A DNA stretch of 64,000 bases from Longimicrobiales bacterium (lineage in GTDB: Bacteria > Gemmatimonadota > Gemmatimonadetes > Longimicrobiales > Gaopeijiaceae). The translations under genes were made by a program, and so were the position numbers. Positions 42,316 through 52,133 of this stretch are shown piece by piece. A model generated the notes under the pieces. It saw only the letters and a list, made by a program, of their open reading frames with translations. It was not told the origin of the DNA and did not search any database. The stretch lies in assembly GCA_041690395.1 (NCBI GenBank), contig JAWLHJ010000003.1:224001-288000 (forward strand), given 5' to 3'. Positions within the stretch are counted from its first letter, which is position 1. Each line of letters starts with the position of its first letter.

Positions 42316-42855
42316 TCACTGCACCGGGGCGACCTTGTTCACCAGCACGCCCATGAGGGCGATGAACGACACGAGCCCGAAGACGACGGCGAGAACCGCC
42401 ACCGTCATCCCCCGCATGCCGTGGTCCGCCCAGAGTCTGCGCCGTTCCCGGGTCGCGACGAACGCCACGGAGGTCGCCAGCATCGACGCGATCCAGGGCA
42501 TGTGCTCCTTGCTCTCCATCGCGAACGCGTGCAGCCACGCCGTGCCGGCGTCCGACAACAGGTATGCCCTCGGAAAGTCCATGAGCGCGACGACACCCTC
42601 GGGCGGCGGGGTGCGATACGTGGGAAAGACGATGTAGGTCCCGCCGAGGACCGTCACCCAGAGCGCCGCGGCCACCAGGACGGTGAGGAAGGCGAAAGCC
42701 TGTTGGGGTGTGGCACCCAGGACCCGCGCATCGTCGGCCGCCGCTGAGCGTGTGGCGTAGAGCCAGAACAGGGCGGCGAACAAGCCCATGAGCGCCAGGC
42801 CCCCGGCGGCGATTCCGTGGAACATCGTCGCCAGGCTATCGAAGGAGAAAAGCAT
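42316..42855 (-). CDS. 4-TM membrane protein with His residues in the helices
   Basis: TMFHG and WLHAFAMESKEH; SD GAGGAGG before MLFSFD. Confidence 0.7.
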   Translation of the reverse strand: MLFSFDSLATMFHGIAAGGLALMGLFAALFWLYATRSAAADDARVLGATPQQAFAFLTVLVAAALWVTVLGGTYIVFPTYRTPPPEGVVALMDFPRAYLLSDAGTAWLHAFAMESKEHMPWIASMLATSVAFVATRERRRLWADHGMRGMTVAVLAVVFGLVSFIALMGVLVNKVAPVQ

Positions 42856-43079
42856 AGGGCCTCCTCGCGCTTCAGGGCTGTGGGGCACACGGTACCGCGC
42901 ACCCGGTCCGGCAACGTACGGGCCGACCGCCCATCCCCGAAAGGGACGGTCCGCGCGCGGTGGCCCGGTGCTGCGAGCGGCTCGCTTGCCGCGAGCGTTA
43001 CCGGTAGAGTACGAGATGGCCACCTCCGTTCGGCGGTGCCTGGTGGCGTCTCGTTGACCCGCAATCGTGGAGTAGGCTC

Positions 43080-43529
43080 ATGTTCGCAGCACGCGTCATC
43101 GCCCCGGCGGTCCTCTGCATCGCGCTCGCCGCCGGCTGTCGGGAGGCTCCCACGTCGCCGGGCACCCTTCCCCTCAAGGAGATCATGGCCGCACTCGAGG
43201 CGGATCTCATCGACGTGGGGCACGGCCTGTGGACGGACGACGCCGCCCTCGTATCCGAAGCGGCCACACGGATCGCGGAGCACCCGACCGTGCCCCCGGC
43301 CCAGATGGTCACGATCCAGTCCGTCCTGGGAGACGAGTTCTCCTCGTTCGCCCAAATGGATCGCCAGGTTCACGACGGAGCCGTCGCGCTCGCCGCAGCG
43401 GCCGAGGCGCGCCAGCCGATTCCCGAGCTCTTCGAGGGTTACATGCGCATCCAGAACGGCTGCCTGGCCTGCCACGTCGCGTTCCGCCCCCGAGTCTCGG
43501 AAGCGTTGGCCGCTGCGGAGGATCCCTGA
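43080..43529 (+). CDS. class II c-type cytochrome (cytochrome c'-like) lipoprotein
   Basis: Lipobox AAGC, helical body, C-terminal CLACH..FR. Confidence 0.82.
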   Translation: MFAARVIAPAVLCIALAAGCREAPTSPGTLPLKEIMAALEADLIDVGHGLWTDDAALVSEAATRIAEHPTVPPAQMVTIQSVLGDEFSSFAQMDRQVHDGAVALAAAAEARQPIPELFEGYMRIQNGCLACHVAFRPRVSEALAAAEDP

Positions 43530-43658
43530 CCGCGGTCTCCAGGAACGACAGCCGGCGGGAATGAGCGGCTTCCCAGCGGGTGTCGGCGAAACAACCACGC
43601 CCATGTGGTCGTAGGTGGGCCCGAGTAGCTCGCTCCCTCCGACAGAGGTCACCCACGC

Positions 43659-46103
43659 GTGGACGTCCTCATGAGAGACCTCCGCTCCGGCGCCCGGTCC
43701 CTGGCGCGGCAACCCGGATCGGCCATCATCTCCGTGCTCATCCTCGCCCTGGGCATCGGGCTCTCCACCTTCATGTTCTCGCTGGTGTACGGGGCCCTGC
43801 TTCGCGGGCTCGATGTCCCGGAGCCCGACCGGGTCGCGGTGCTGGCGCGGATCGATACGCGGGGCGGTGACGAGGATGCGGACCCCATGTCGGGCCAGGA
43901 CTTCCTGGACTTCCGCGAGCGATCGGCCTCGTACGAGGGGCTGCTGGGGTACTTCAGCGGCACCGTGAACCTCGCGGACGAGGCGGCTCCCCAGCGTTAC
44001 CAGGGCGCCTGGGTAACCGCGAACGCGTTCGACGTGCTCGAGGTGGAGCCGGCGCTCGGACGCACGTTCGTGGCGGGCGAGGACGAGCCGGGCCTGCCTC
44101 CGACCGTCGTGTTGGGCCATCACGTGTGGCAGGACCGGTATGGCAGCGATCCGGGCGTCATCGGCAGGTCGGTCCGGGTGAACGGCCGTCAGGGCACGAT
44201 CGTGGGCGTGATGCCGGAGGGCTTCAAGTGGCCCTCGAATCACGACCTGTGGATCACCGTGGATGACGACCCGAGGGCGGTCGCGCGTGGTGAGGGACCG
44301 TCCTATTGGGTGATGGGCCGATTGGCCGAAGGCGTCACCTGGGACCAGGCCAATCTCGAAGCGGCGCGCATCGCCGAGCAGCTCCTGGCCGAGTATCCGG
44401 AGGAGAGCGAAGGACTCTCGGCCCGGCTCATCACCGTGACCCAGCAACAGAACGGCGGCGAGATCACCCTGGTCTTCCTCGCGATGATGGTCGCCGTGAT
44501 CTGCGTCCTGCTGGTCGCGTGCGCGAACGTCGCCAACCTCCTCCTCGCTCGAGCGGCCACCCGCATGAGGGAGGCCGGCGTTCGGGTCGCCCTCGGGGCC
44601 GGGCGCGTCCGGGTGATGATGCCCTTCCTGGCCGAGGCGCTTCTGCTGGCCGGCGCGGGGGCCGTGTTGGGCACGCTCCTGGCCCACCTGGGCGTCGGGT
44701 GGTTCGACCGGGTCACCGACCCTGCCCTCACCGGCCGCCCGTATTTCGTGACGTTCGAAGTCGATCTCCCGGTGCTGCTGTTCGCCGTGGGCGTTACGGC
44801 GCTCACGGCCCTGATGGCGGGCGCCGCTCCTGCATTCCAGGTCTCACGCGCTGACGTGAACGAGATCCTGAAGGACGAGGGTCGGGGGTCGTCGAGCCTC
44901 CGCGCCGGACGCCTCGGCAAGATCCTGGTCACGGTGGAGGTGGCGTTCTCGGTGGCCCTCCTGGTCGGTGCCGGCCTCATGACCCGGAGCATGGTGCAGC
45001 TCGGCGCGTTCGAGCTTCCGTTCGAGGAGGAGGCCTACATCACTGCCCGGGTCGGCCTCTTCGAAGCCGACTACCCTGAGCGCGACGATCGCCAGGAGTT
45101 CTGGAGAGAGGTGGAGGATCGCGCCCGGGTGGCCCCGGGCGTCGCCGACGTCGCGCTCGCCAGCGGTGTTCCGGGCGCAGGCTCCGGCGGAGCCCGCATC
45201 GCGCTCGAGGGCGTCATCTATGTCGAGCCCGAGGATCAGCCCCTGGCGCACATAGACCGTGTCACGCCCGGGTATTTCCCGCTGCTGGACGCCGAGATCC
45301 TGGAGGGGACCGCGTTCAGTGACCAGCATGACATGGACGTGGATCCCGTGGCGGTGGTGAACCGATCGTTCGCAGAGCGGCACTGGCCGGACGCCAGCGC
45401 CCTGGGGCGGCGGTTCCGCGCCGGCGTGGCTGACACACTCCCGTGGACCACGGTCATCGGGGTGGTCGAAGACCTACAGATGCAGGGCTTCAGCCCTCCG
45501 GGTGCCCCCTCGGCGGTACCGGACGGCTTCTATGTTCCCGTGGCGCAGGCAGACCCCTCGTTCATGACCATCGTGGCCCGGGCCCTCCCCGGCACGGCGC
45601 CCGCGACGCTTGGTCCGGCGCTCCGGGAGGTGGTGCGGTCCGTGGATATCGACCTGCCGCTCTACGACGTGCGCACCGTGGCAGAGGCGGTGGACCGCAC
45701 GTCCTGGTTCTACCGGGTGTTCGGATCGGTGTTCGTCATCTTCGGCGCCGTCGCGCTCTTCATGGCCTCCGTTGGTCTGTACGGCGTCCTCGCCTTCTCG
45801 GTGAGCCGCCGCACCCAGGAGATGGGCATCCGGATGGCCCTGGGTGCGGGGCGCGCGCAGGTGATGCGCCTCGTGCTGCGTCAGGGGCTGACCCAGATCG
45901 GGATCGGCCTCGTCGTCGGACTGGCGATGGCGTTCGGCCTCTCGAGCCTCCTGGGCTTTCTGATGTTCGGGGTCGACCCGCGCGATCCGTTCGTGTTCGG
46001 GGGCGTCGTGCTGCTCACCGTTTCGGTGGGGATCGCGGCGAGCCTCCTCCCGGCTCGTCGGGCCACGGGCGTGCATCCCTCGGTGGCGCTGCGGTCCGAA
46101 TGA
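43659..46103 (+). CDS. second ADOP-type duplicated ABC permease
   Basis: LALGIG, LLVACANVANLLLARA, RRTQEMGIRMALGA and PSVALRSE. Confidence 0.92.
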   Translation: MDVLMRDLRSGARSLARQPGSAIISVLILALGIGLSTFMFSLVYGALLRGLDVPEPDRVAVLARIDTRGGDEDADPMSGQDFLDFRERSASYEGLLGYFSGTVNLADEAAPQRYQGAWVTANAFDVLEVEPALGRTFVAGEDEPGLPPTVVLGHHVWQDRYGSDPGVIGRSVRVNGRQGTIVGVMPEGFKWPSNHDLWITVDDDPRAVARGEGPSYWVMGRLAEGVTWDQANLEAARIAEQLLAEYPEESEGLSARLITVTQQQNGGEITLVFLAMMVAVICVLLVACANVANLLLARAATRMREAGVRVALGAGRVRVMMPFLAEALLLAGAGAVLGTLLAHLGVGWFDRVTDPALTGRPYFVTFEVDLPVLLFAVGVTALTALMAGAAPAFQVSRADVNEILKDEGRGSSSLRAGRLGKILVTVEVAFSVALLVGAGLMTRSMVQLGAFELPFEEEAYITARVGLFEADYPERDDRQEFWREVEDRARVAPGVADVALASGVPGAGSGGARIALEGVIYVEPEDQPLAHIDRVTPGYFPLLDAEILEGTAFSDQHDMDVDPVAVVNRSFAERHWPDASALGRRFRAGVADTLPWTTVIGVVEDLQMQGFSPPGAPSAVPDGFYVPVAQADPSFMTIVARALPGTAPATLGPALREVVRSVDIDLPLYDVRTVAEAVDRTSWFYRVFGSVFVIFGAVALFMASVGLYGVLAFSVSRRTQEMGIRMALGAGRAQVMRLVLRQGLTQIGIGLVVGLAMAFGLSSLLGFLMFGVDPRDPFVFGGVVLLTVSVGIAASLLPARRATGVHPSVALRSE

Positions 46104-46857
46104 CGCTGACGACCGCGGCCCCCACCGTGAGCACGATGAGGCGCACCACGACCTGCCGCCCGTTCGGCCCCACCACCACGGAGGCGACGTTCTCCAGAGC
46201 ATGGAGCAGCAGCGCTGACAGGATGCTCCGTCCGGTGTTCACGTAGATCCAGGCGAACAGCACGGCAAGCGGAATGCGTGTGATCATGTCCGACCAGAAG
46301 TCCCTGGACCATAGGCCAGCATCACTCTGGATCGTGCCTTCGATGAAGTAGAACGGCAGATGCCAGATGGTCCACGCGATCCCGACGAGAAGACCCGCCG
46401 TGAGAGCGGTCCTCCGGGCCAGAAGGCCGTCCAGGGCAAACCCTCGCCAGCCCAACTCCTCGGCAAACGCGGCGCCAACGGCAACGAAGAGGATCCCTCC
46501 TGTGAAGCCGACCTGACCGCCGGTCACCGGGGCCAGCCCCGTCGGTACCAGGGTGGCGGTGAGACTCGGTATGAAGGCCACTGCTACGATGGCCAGGTGC
46601 CAGGCCGGTGAGATGCGTCGGACGTCGCGAACTCGGTGCCAGAATGCGGCCGGGGATTCGCCGCCCCGACCGGTGTGCACGAGCAGGATGGCCATAAACG
46701 ACGGGCCGAACCCGCCGACGACGTAGAACAGCACGGTCGGAAACGCCGTCCACGGCCGGCCCGAGGCGATCGCGAGGCCCCAGAAGAACCAGCTCCAGGC
46801 GAACGTGAGTGCGAAGAACAGCCTCACCGGCTTGGCGGTGGCCTGGAGCAAGGCCAT
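46015..46857 (-). CDS. CPBP (Abi/CAAX) intramembrane metalloprotease
   Basis: EELGWRG, WTIWHLP and LLHALEN. Confidence 0.88.
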   Translation of the reverse strand: MALLQATAKPVRLFFALTFAWSWFFWGLAIASGRPWTAFPTVLFYVVGGFGPSFMAILLVHTGRGGESPAAFWHRVRDVRRISPAWHLAIVAVAFIPSLTATLVPTGLAPVTGGQVGFTGGILFVAVGAAFAEELGWRGFALDGLLARRTALTAGLLVGIAWTIWHLPFYFIEGTIQSDAGLWSRDFWSDMITRIPLAVLFAWIYVNTGRSILSALLLHALENVASVVVGPNGRQVVVRLIVLTVGAAVVSVIRTAAPPRDARPWPDEPGGGSPRSPPKR

Positions 46858-46859
46858 CG

Positions 46860-49800
46860 TCACCCCCCACCCTCGGGCACGAGCCAGGACACGCCGAACC
46901 CGATGCGCCAACCCCGGGAAAGCGCGGCGTTCTCGATCTGGGTACCGCGAGCGTCCTCCACCTCCAGGCGTCGCCGGAGGGACACTCCAACCGACGCCGA
47001 GACCCGGAGCCGCCGCCCGATGTCGTAGCGGATCACCGGGCCGACGTCGGCCAAGGAGTAGCGGACGAGGCCGCCCTCCAGCGTCCCCTCCCGTCCGAGG
47101 CCATAGACGTTGCCGTCGACCATGGCCTGCAATCCCGTGGCGATACGGTCGCTCGGTGTCCAGAAGACCTCGCCGTGAGCCGGAGCGAGGATATCCGCAT
47201 ATACCCGCTCCCCTCGCCACTGCAGGGCGAGCAAGGGCACCAGGCGCACTTCCCCGAAGGCGTTGGTGACGCTGACGCCGCCACCCCACGTCGGGCCGGA
47301 GGCCGCTTCGCGGGTCAGGAGCGCGGCGCCCTGAAGGGTGACATGATCGGAGCTCACGCCCCGGAAATCGCTGGCCATACCGGGGGCCAACACGAGCGAG
47401 AGGCGAGTCCGCTCGGAAAGCGTGAGGAGCGAGATGACCTCGAGATCGAGATCGTAGAGCGCCTCGACCCAGACGGGCTCGGCGGGATCGAGGGGCCGAG
47501 GCGCGACGCCGACGCGACTTCCGGAGATCCTGGGGACCACGAGCAGGCGCTCACCCTGGCACAGGAGAGGGACCAACACTGAGCCGCGAGCCATGGTGAC
47601 CCGGGCCTCCGTGGCCGGACCGGACAACGTGCGAGTGACGTCGGACGTGGGCAGCCAACTACCCTCGAGGTGGATCAGCGCCTCCTGTGCCCCGAGCCCT
47701 TGGGCACCTCCGGAGAGGATGAGGGCGACCAGCCCGGCCCCCACCACTCGCGACCTGGAACCGGGCATCAGCGCCCATGCGAGCAGTCCGACAGCGAAGA
47801 CGCCCACCGCCACCCCGAGCCACGCGGTGGTCGCCGGAAGGATGGAGAACAGGAAGAGGTAGTCCTGGACGGAAGCCCAGGCGACGGCCGCCAGCAGCCC
47901 CAGGCCGATGAGGACGGCAACGGCGCGGATCGCGAGCCCGGTCCGCGAGCCATTCCCGGCCGCCACACCCGTCCGGCGGCGCAGAACGGCGCGGGCGACG
48001 AGGATGGCCGCGGCGAAGAGGCAAGCGCCGATGATCAGCCAGGCCAGCGGAGCCGCCCACACGATGCGCGCCATCCGGACCGGCTCCACGCCGAGGCTCT
48101 CGGACCAGGCACGCAGGACGTGGCCGAACAGCGGCCAGGCCCGCTGACTGTTGGCCAGCAGCACGATGGCGTCTCCGGTCTCCGGCACGAGATGGACGTG
48201 GGTCATCCAACCGAACCCCTGCCCTCCGTGCCACACCGCCCGGCGGCCGTCGGAGAGGGTCTCGGTGAAATGCCCGAGGCCGTACCCCTCGGCGACGAAC
48301 CCGTAGAGTCCGCCCGGTCGAACCACGGACGTATGCAGGCGCGCGATGCTGGAGTCGTCGAGACGCTCGCGCACCCGGTTGCGTGTCGGCGCCATACTCG
48401 CCTCGGCGAACCGCCCCACGTCCTCGATGGTCGCGAACAGACCGCCGGATCCACGACCGGGGTAGACGTACGGCGCAACGGGACGGCCGCGCAGCGTATA
48501 GGCCGTGGGCACCCGGTCCCTGAGCGCCGGATTCCAGTCGAAGCTCGCCTCGACCATGCCGAGGGGATCCAGGACGTTCCGGTCCATCCAGCGTCCGAAG
48601 TCCTCACCGGTGACGTCCTGAACGAGCAGCTCGAGGAGGTTGTAGCCGGTGTCGGAATAGGAGAAGGCGTCACCGGGCGGGCCGACCATCGTCAGCTCGG
48701 CCTCCAGGCTCTCGGAGAGTGTCGGCACCGGCCCGTCGGGAGCATACCGCGCGTTGTAGTCACCGAGCCCCAGGCCCGCCGTGTGACTCAGAAGCTGACG
48801 CGGCGTGACCGACCCCGCATCCGGCGGAAGCGCCCGGTCGCGCAACTGCGCCTGGACCGGGGCGTCCGGATCGAGCAGGCCGGACTCGACCAGCTTCACG
48901 ACACCCCACGCCGTCACAGGCTTCGAGATGGACTCGACCCGGAACACGGCATCGGACGTCATGGGTCGCCCGGATGCCACGTCGGCCCACCCGAAAGACG
49001 CGAGCCACCGGACGTTTCCACCTCGGATGACCAGGACGTTCAAGCCGGGAACGTCGTGGGCCTCCATCCGGCCGGTGATCATGCTGGACAGCGCGGAGGC
49101 GGGAGCAGTGTCTCGGGTGGACATGAGTCTCGCCGCCTCGGCCACGGCCTCCTCCAACATGGTCCGACCCGATGTGCTCGTGACCGCCCCCGCCACCAGT
49201 ACGTCGGCCTCCGGACAGTAACGGACGAGTATCCCCCAGAACCCCCCATGGCCGTAGCACGCCATATCCGCATACTCGACCCGGGCCATCCCCATGCCGT
49301 ATCCGTGCGCCATGACCGCGAGGCTTTCCGGGGTCACATCCACCATCGCGTCCAACGTGGCCCGGTCCCGGAACACTCGTCCGTCGAAGAGCGCGCGGAA
49401 AAACGTGCTGACGTCTCCGAGGGTGGCGACGAGTCCACCGCCCCCGAAAAGGTCGAAGGAGGGATCGAAGCCGTAGGTATCGAGCGTGCCCAGATGCTGA
49501 TGCGCCCGCGGGGGAGCCCTCCGAGGCTCCGGCTCGACGGACTCCATCCACGTGGCGGTCAGGCCCAGGGCATCGAAAGCGAGAAGGCGGCGCAAGGCCG
49601 CGCCCAACGGCGATCCGGTCACCTGCTCGATGACCTCGCCCAGGAGGATGTACCCGGTGTCGCTGTAGTGGAACCGCTCCCCAGGGCCCCCGACGGGATC
49701 CCCGATCTCCATCGCAAGACGGAGCTGCTCCTCGCGGCTCCAGCGATGCCGCGGCTCGGCGAGAATCCGCTGGACGAAGACGTCCTCCGTGGCGTAGTCG

Positions 49801-50327
49801 AAGAGGCCCCCGGTGTGCCGGAGCAGCATGGACAGCGTGATGGCGGCGGGGTCGTACCCATCCGCCTCCAACGTAAGGACCGTGGACGGGAGCAGGTGCT
49901 CAACAATGGGATCTCCCAGGTCGACGACGCCGTCCTCCGCGAGCCGGAGCACCGCGGCGGCTACGTAGGTCTTGGTGAGGCTCGCGAGCCTGAGGGCGTG
50001 GCCGGAACGAAGCTCCGATCCCGACGCGGGGTCCGCGACGCCCACGGCCCCTTCCCACATGAAGCGTCTCGCTGCCCCCTCCACCCGGAGCAGCGCGCCC
50101 GGCACATCCGGGGTAGCCCCGAACGCCGAATCGAGGAGAGCCGCGAGCGGGTCGTCGGGCTGGACCGGCACAGCACGGTCGGGTGGGCCCGGGCCGCAGG
50201 CCACCGACCCGAGGCTCACCGCTAGTACCAGGAACGCTCGCGCCGAACGCCGGTTGCTGCGCCGGTACGAGGGGCCGTATGCTCGTGGCGCCGCGCCATC
50301 GCATGCCATCGCTCGAACCCCGCTCAT
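46860..50327 (-). CDS. multidomain fusion: two beta-lactamase-fold serine hydrolases, TM helices and an outer-membrane beta-barrel
   Basis: Lipobox SVAC; SLTK/YSD/HGG then SISK/YSD/HGG; three TM helices; signal-peptide-like segment; beta-barrel-like C-terminus; one uninterrupted frame; start uncertain. Confidence 0.78.
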   Translation of the reverse strand: MSGVRAMACDGAAPRAYGPSYRRSNRRSARAFLVLAVSLGSVACGPGPPDRAVPVQPDDPLAALLDSAFGATPDVPGALLRVEGAARRFMWEGAVGVADPASGSELRSGHALRLASLTKTYVAAAVLRLAEDGVVDLGDPIVEHLLPSTVLTLEADGYDPAAITLSMLLRHTGGLFDYATEDVFVQRILAEPRHRWSREEQLRLAMEIGDPVGGPGERFHYSDTGYILLGEVIEQVTGSPLGAALRRLLAFDALGLTATWMESVEPEPRRAPPRAHQHLGTLDTYGFDPSFDLFGGGGLVATLGDVSTFFRALFDGRVFRDRATLDAMVDVTPESLAVMAHGYGMGMARVEYADMACYGHGGFWGILVRYCPEADVLVAGAVTSTSGRTMLEEAVAEAARLMSTRDTAPASALSSMITGRMEAHDVPGLNVLVIRGGNVRWLASFGWADVASGRPMTSDAVFRVESISKPVTAWGVVKLVESGLLDPDAPVQAQLRDRALPPDAGSVTPRQLLSHTAGLGLGDYNARYAPDGPVPTLSESLEAELTMVGPPGDAFSYSDTGYNLLELLVQDVTGEDFGRWMDRNVLDPLGMVEASFDWNPALRDRVPTAYTLRGRPVAPYVYPGRGSGGLFATIEDVGRFAEASMAPTRNRVRERLDDSSIARLHTSVVRPGGLYGFVAEGYGLGHFTETLSDGRRAVWHGGQGFGWMTHVHLVPETGDAIVLLANSQRAWPLFGHVLRAWSESLGVEPVRMARIVWAAPLAWLIIGACLFAAAILVARAVLRRRTGVAAGNGSRTGLAIRAVAVLIGLGLLAAVAWASVQDYLFLFSILPATTAWLGVAVGVFAVGLLAWALMPGSRSRVVGAGLVALILSGGAQGLGAQEALIHLEGSWLPTSDVTRTLSGPATEARVTMARGSVLVPLLCQGERLLVVPRISGSRVGVAPRPLDPAEPVWVEALYDLDLEVISLLTLSERTRLSLVLAPGMASDFRGVSSDHVTLQGAALLTREAASGPTWGGGVSVTNAFGEVRLVPLLALQWRGERVYADILAPAHGEVFWTPSDRIATGLQAMVDGNVYGLGREGTLEGGLVRYSLADVGPVIRYDIGRRLRVSASVGVSLRRRLEVEDARGTQIENAALSRGWRIGFGVSWLVPEGGG

Positions 50328-50363
50328 TCGACCACCATCCTCGCGCAGGCAAAGGTCACGCTC

Positions 50364-51218
50364 ATGGAACCGTCGCCCGGAGCCCACGCCGCGGGGGATC
50401 TGAGCACCCGGTCACTCGTGCCCTTCTTCGCGATCTCGTTCGGGCTGTCGTGGGGCGTCCTTGGCCTGCTGCTCGTGTTTCCGGACGCGTTGGAGGCCGC
50501 CTTCGGTCCGCTGGGTCTCACGAATCCCCTCTTCATCCTTGCGGTGTACGCCCCCGGCATCGCCGGCGTGGGACTCGTGGCTGCTCGGGGCGGTGGGGCC
50601 GCGGTGCGGCGGTATCTGGGACGGCTCCTATTGTGGCGCATGTCCTGGGCGTGGTGGGTGCTGCTCGCCGTGGGGATGCCGGCGGTCTTCTTCGCAGGCG
50701 CCGCTCTCAAGGGCCCCATCGTGCTCCCGTCCTTCGCGTCGGGGGGAGCGCTCATGGGCGCGATGGCGGCGGCGCTTCTCATTGGCCCCATGGAGGAGCT
50801 CGGCTGGCGGGGCGTTGCGCTTCCCCTGCTCCAGCGGACCATGGCTCCCGTATGGGCCGGGCTGGCCCTCGGGGTCGTCTGGGCCCTCTGGCACGTGCCC
50901 GCCTTCGCCCTCAGCGGCACACCCCAGAGCTCGTGGTCGCTCCCTGTGTTCTTCATTGGTGTGGTCTCCCTCTCGATGATCCTGACACCAATGTTCAACG
51001 TGTCCGGCGGAAGCACCCTCGTCGCCGCCTTGTTCCACTTCCAGGCCAATGGGCCGTTGTGGCCCGATGCGCAGCCCTGGGACACGCCGTTGTTCCTCCT
51101 CCTCGCCATCGCCGTGGTCTGGGTGAGACGCGAAACGATGTTCCGTCGGGAGGGCGCCACGACCCGGGTCATCCCCCGAACCGAGCCCCTTGTCATCGCC
51201 GTGGCCTCGAAGCGATAG
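50364..51218 (+). CDS. CPBP intramembrane metalloprotease
   Basis: EELGWRG, WALWHVP and LFHFQAN. Confidence 0.88.
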   Translation: MEPSPGAHAAGDLSTRSLVPFFAISFGLSWGVLGLLLVFPDALEAAFGPLGLTNPLFILAVYAPGIAGVGLVAARGGGAAVRRYLGRLLLWRMSWAWWVLLAVGMPAVFFAGAALKGPIVLPSFASGGALMGAMAAALLIGPMEELGWRGVALPLLQRTMAPVWAGLALGVVWALWHVPAFALSGTPQSSWSLPVFFIGVVSLSMILTPMFNVSGGSTLVAALFHFQANGPLWPDAQPWDTPLFLLLAIAVVWVRRETMFRREGATTRVIPRTEPLVIAVASKR

Positions 51219-52017
51219 CGGCGACCACGCCCCAAAGTGTGAGCGTGAAGAGGCCATACCAGACGAAGTGCTCGGCAGGCGCCAACGTGGGCACCAAGAT
51301 CGCCTGAGAACCCGTGAAGCTCGCGTGCATCAATTGGGAGACCAGCAGGCTTTCGTCCGCTTGCTGATAGACCCGGACCATGAGCACGCGGAATGCCGTC
51401 AGCGCCGCGACCCAGAGCGCGATTCTGAGGAGCCATAGGCTGCCGAACTGCACGGAGGCACCCCAGTAGTCCGCCAAGCCGTGCCAAACACCCCAGATGG
51501 CGCCCAGGAGGAGCCCCGCCGTGAAGGTCGAGTGGCGGCGGAGCAGTCTCGGCAGAGCGAAACCCGTCCATCCGATCTCCTCCAGGAGCCCGGCGCCAAG
51601 GCCGAACACGACTCCGAAGGCCAAGATCGGCCAGAGATCATCGGTGGCGATCATGGCTGGCACGAACGCAGACGATGCGAGCGAGAGACCTCCGAGGATC
51701 ACCACGATCAGAACGGGAGTCGTCAGTAGGGCGACGGCGTACCATCGGGCAGGCACTCGCCATCTGCGCTGCCGATCCCACAGATCGCGGAGTCCCTCTC
51801 TTCCGCCGGCAACCGCGGTCATGAGCACCCCGGCCAACGCCGGGCCGGTGAGCATGGCCCCGAAGACGGGAAGAAGCTGCCATTGGGCTGGCGTCTCACC
51901 TTCGAGCAACGCTCGGGGTCCGACCACGAGGAGAACGGCACCCCACGCCACAAGAAACACGAAAGCGAAGTAGATTGCCGTCGTGCTGGCCTTCGACCGC
52001 TCCACCAGTGCGTTCAC
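51193..52017 (-). CDS. CPBP intramembrane metalloprotease
   Basis: EEIGWTG, WGVWH and LMHAS; GTG start after SD GGAGG. Confidence 0.85.
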   Translation of the reverse strand: MNALVERSKASTTAIYFAFVFLVAWGAVLLVVGPRALLEGETPAQWQLLPVFGAMLTGPALAGVLMTAVAGGREGLRDLWDRQRRWRVPARWYAVALLTTPVLIVVILGGLSLASSAFVPAMIATDDLWPILAFGVVFGLGAGLLEEIGWTGFALPRLLRRHSTFTAGLLLGAIWGVWHGLADYWGASVQFGSLWLLRIALWVAALTAFRVLMVRVYQQADESLLVSQLMHASFTGSQAILVPTLAPAEHFVWYGLFTLTLWGVVAAIASRPRR

Positions 52018-52133
52018 GGGATCCTCCGCCTTGCCCCTCACTGACGTAATCTGGCCGGGAGCGGACGATCCACGCCGTCGGGGACGGTCCGCCCGCACAC
52101 GTAGGGAATTCCCCCATCCGAATCGGAGTACGC

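Noticed and set aside
13003..50225. Long antisense ORFs such as 13003-14952, 17862-20075, 20722-23022, 29997-31808, 42654-44687 and 47670-50225
   Set aside because: Shadow frames of real genes in high-GC DNA, with no recognisable motifs.
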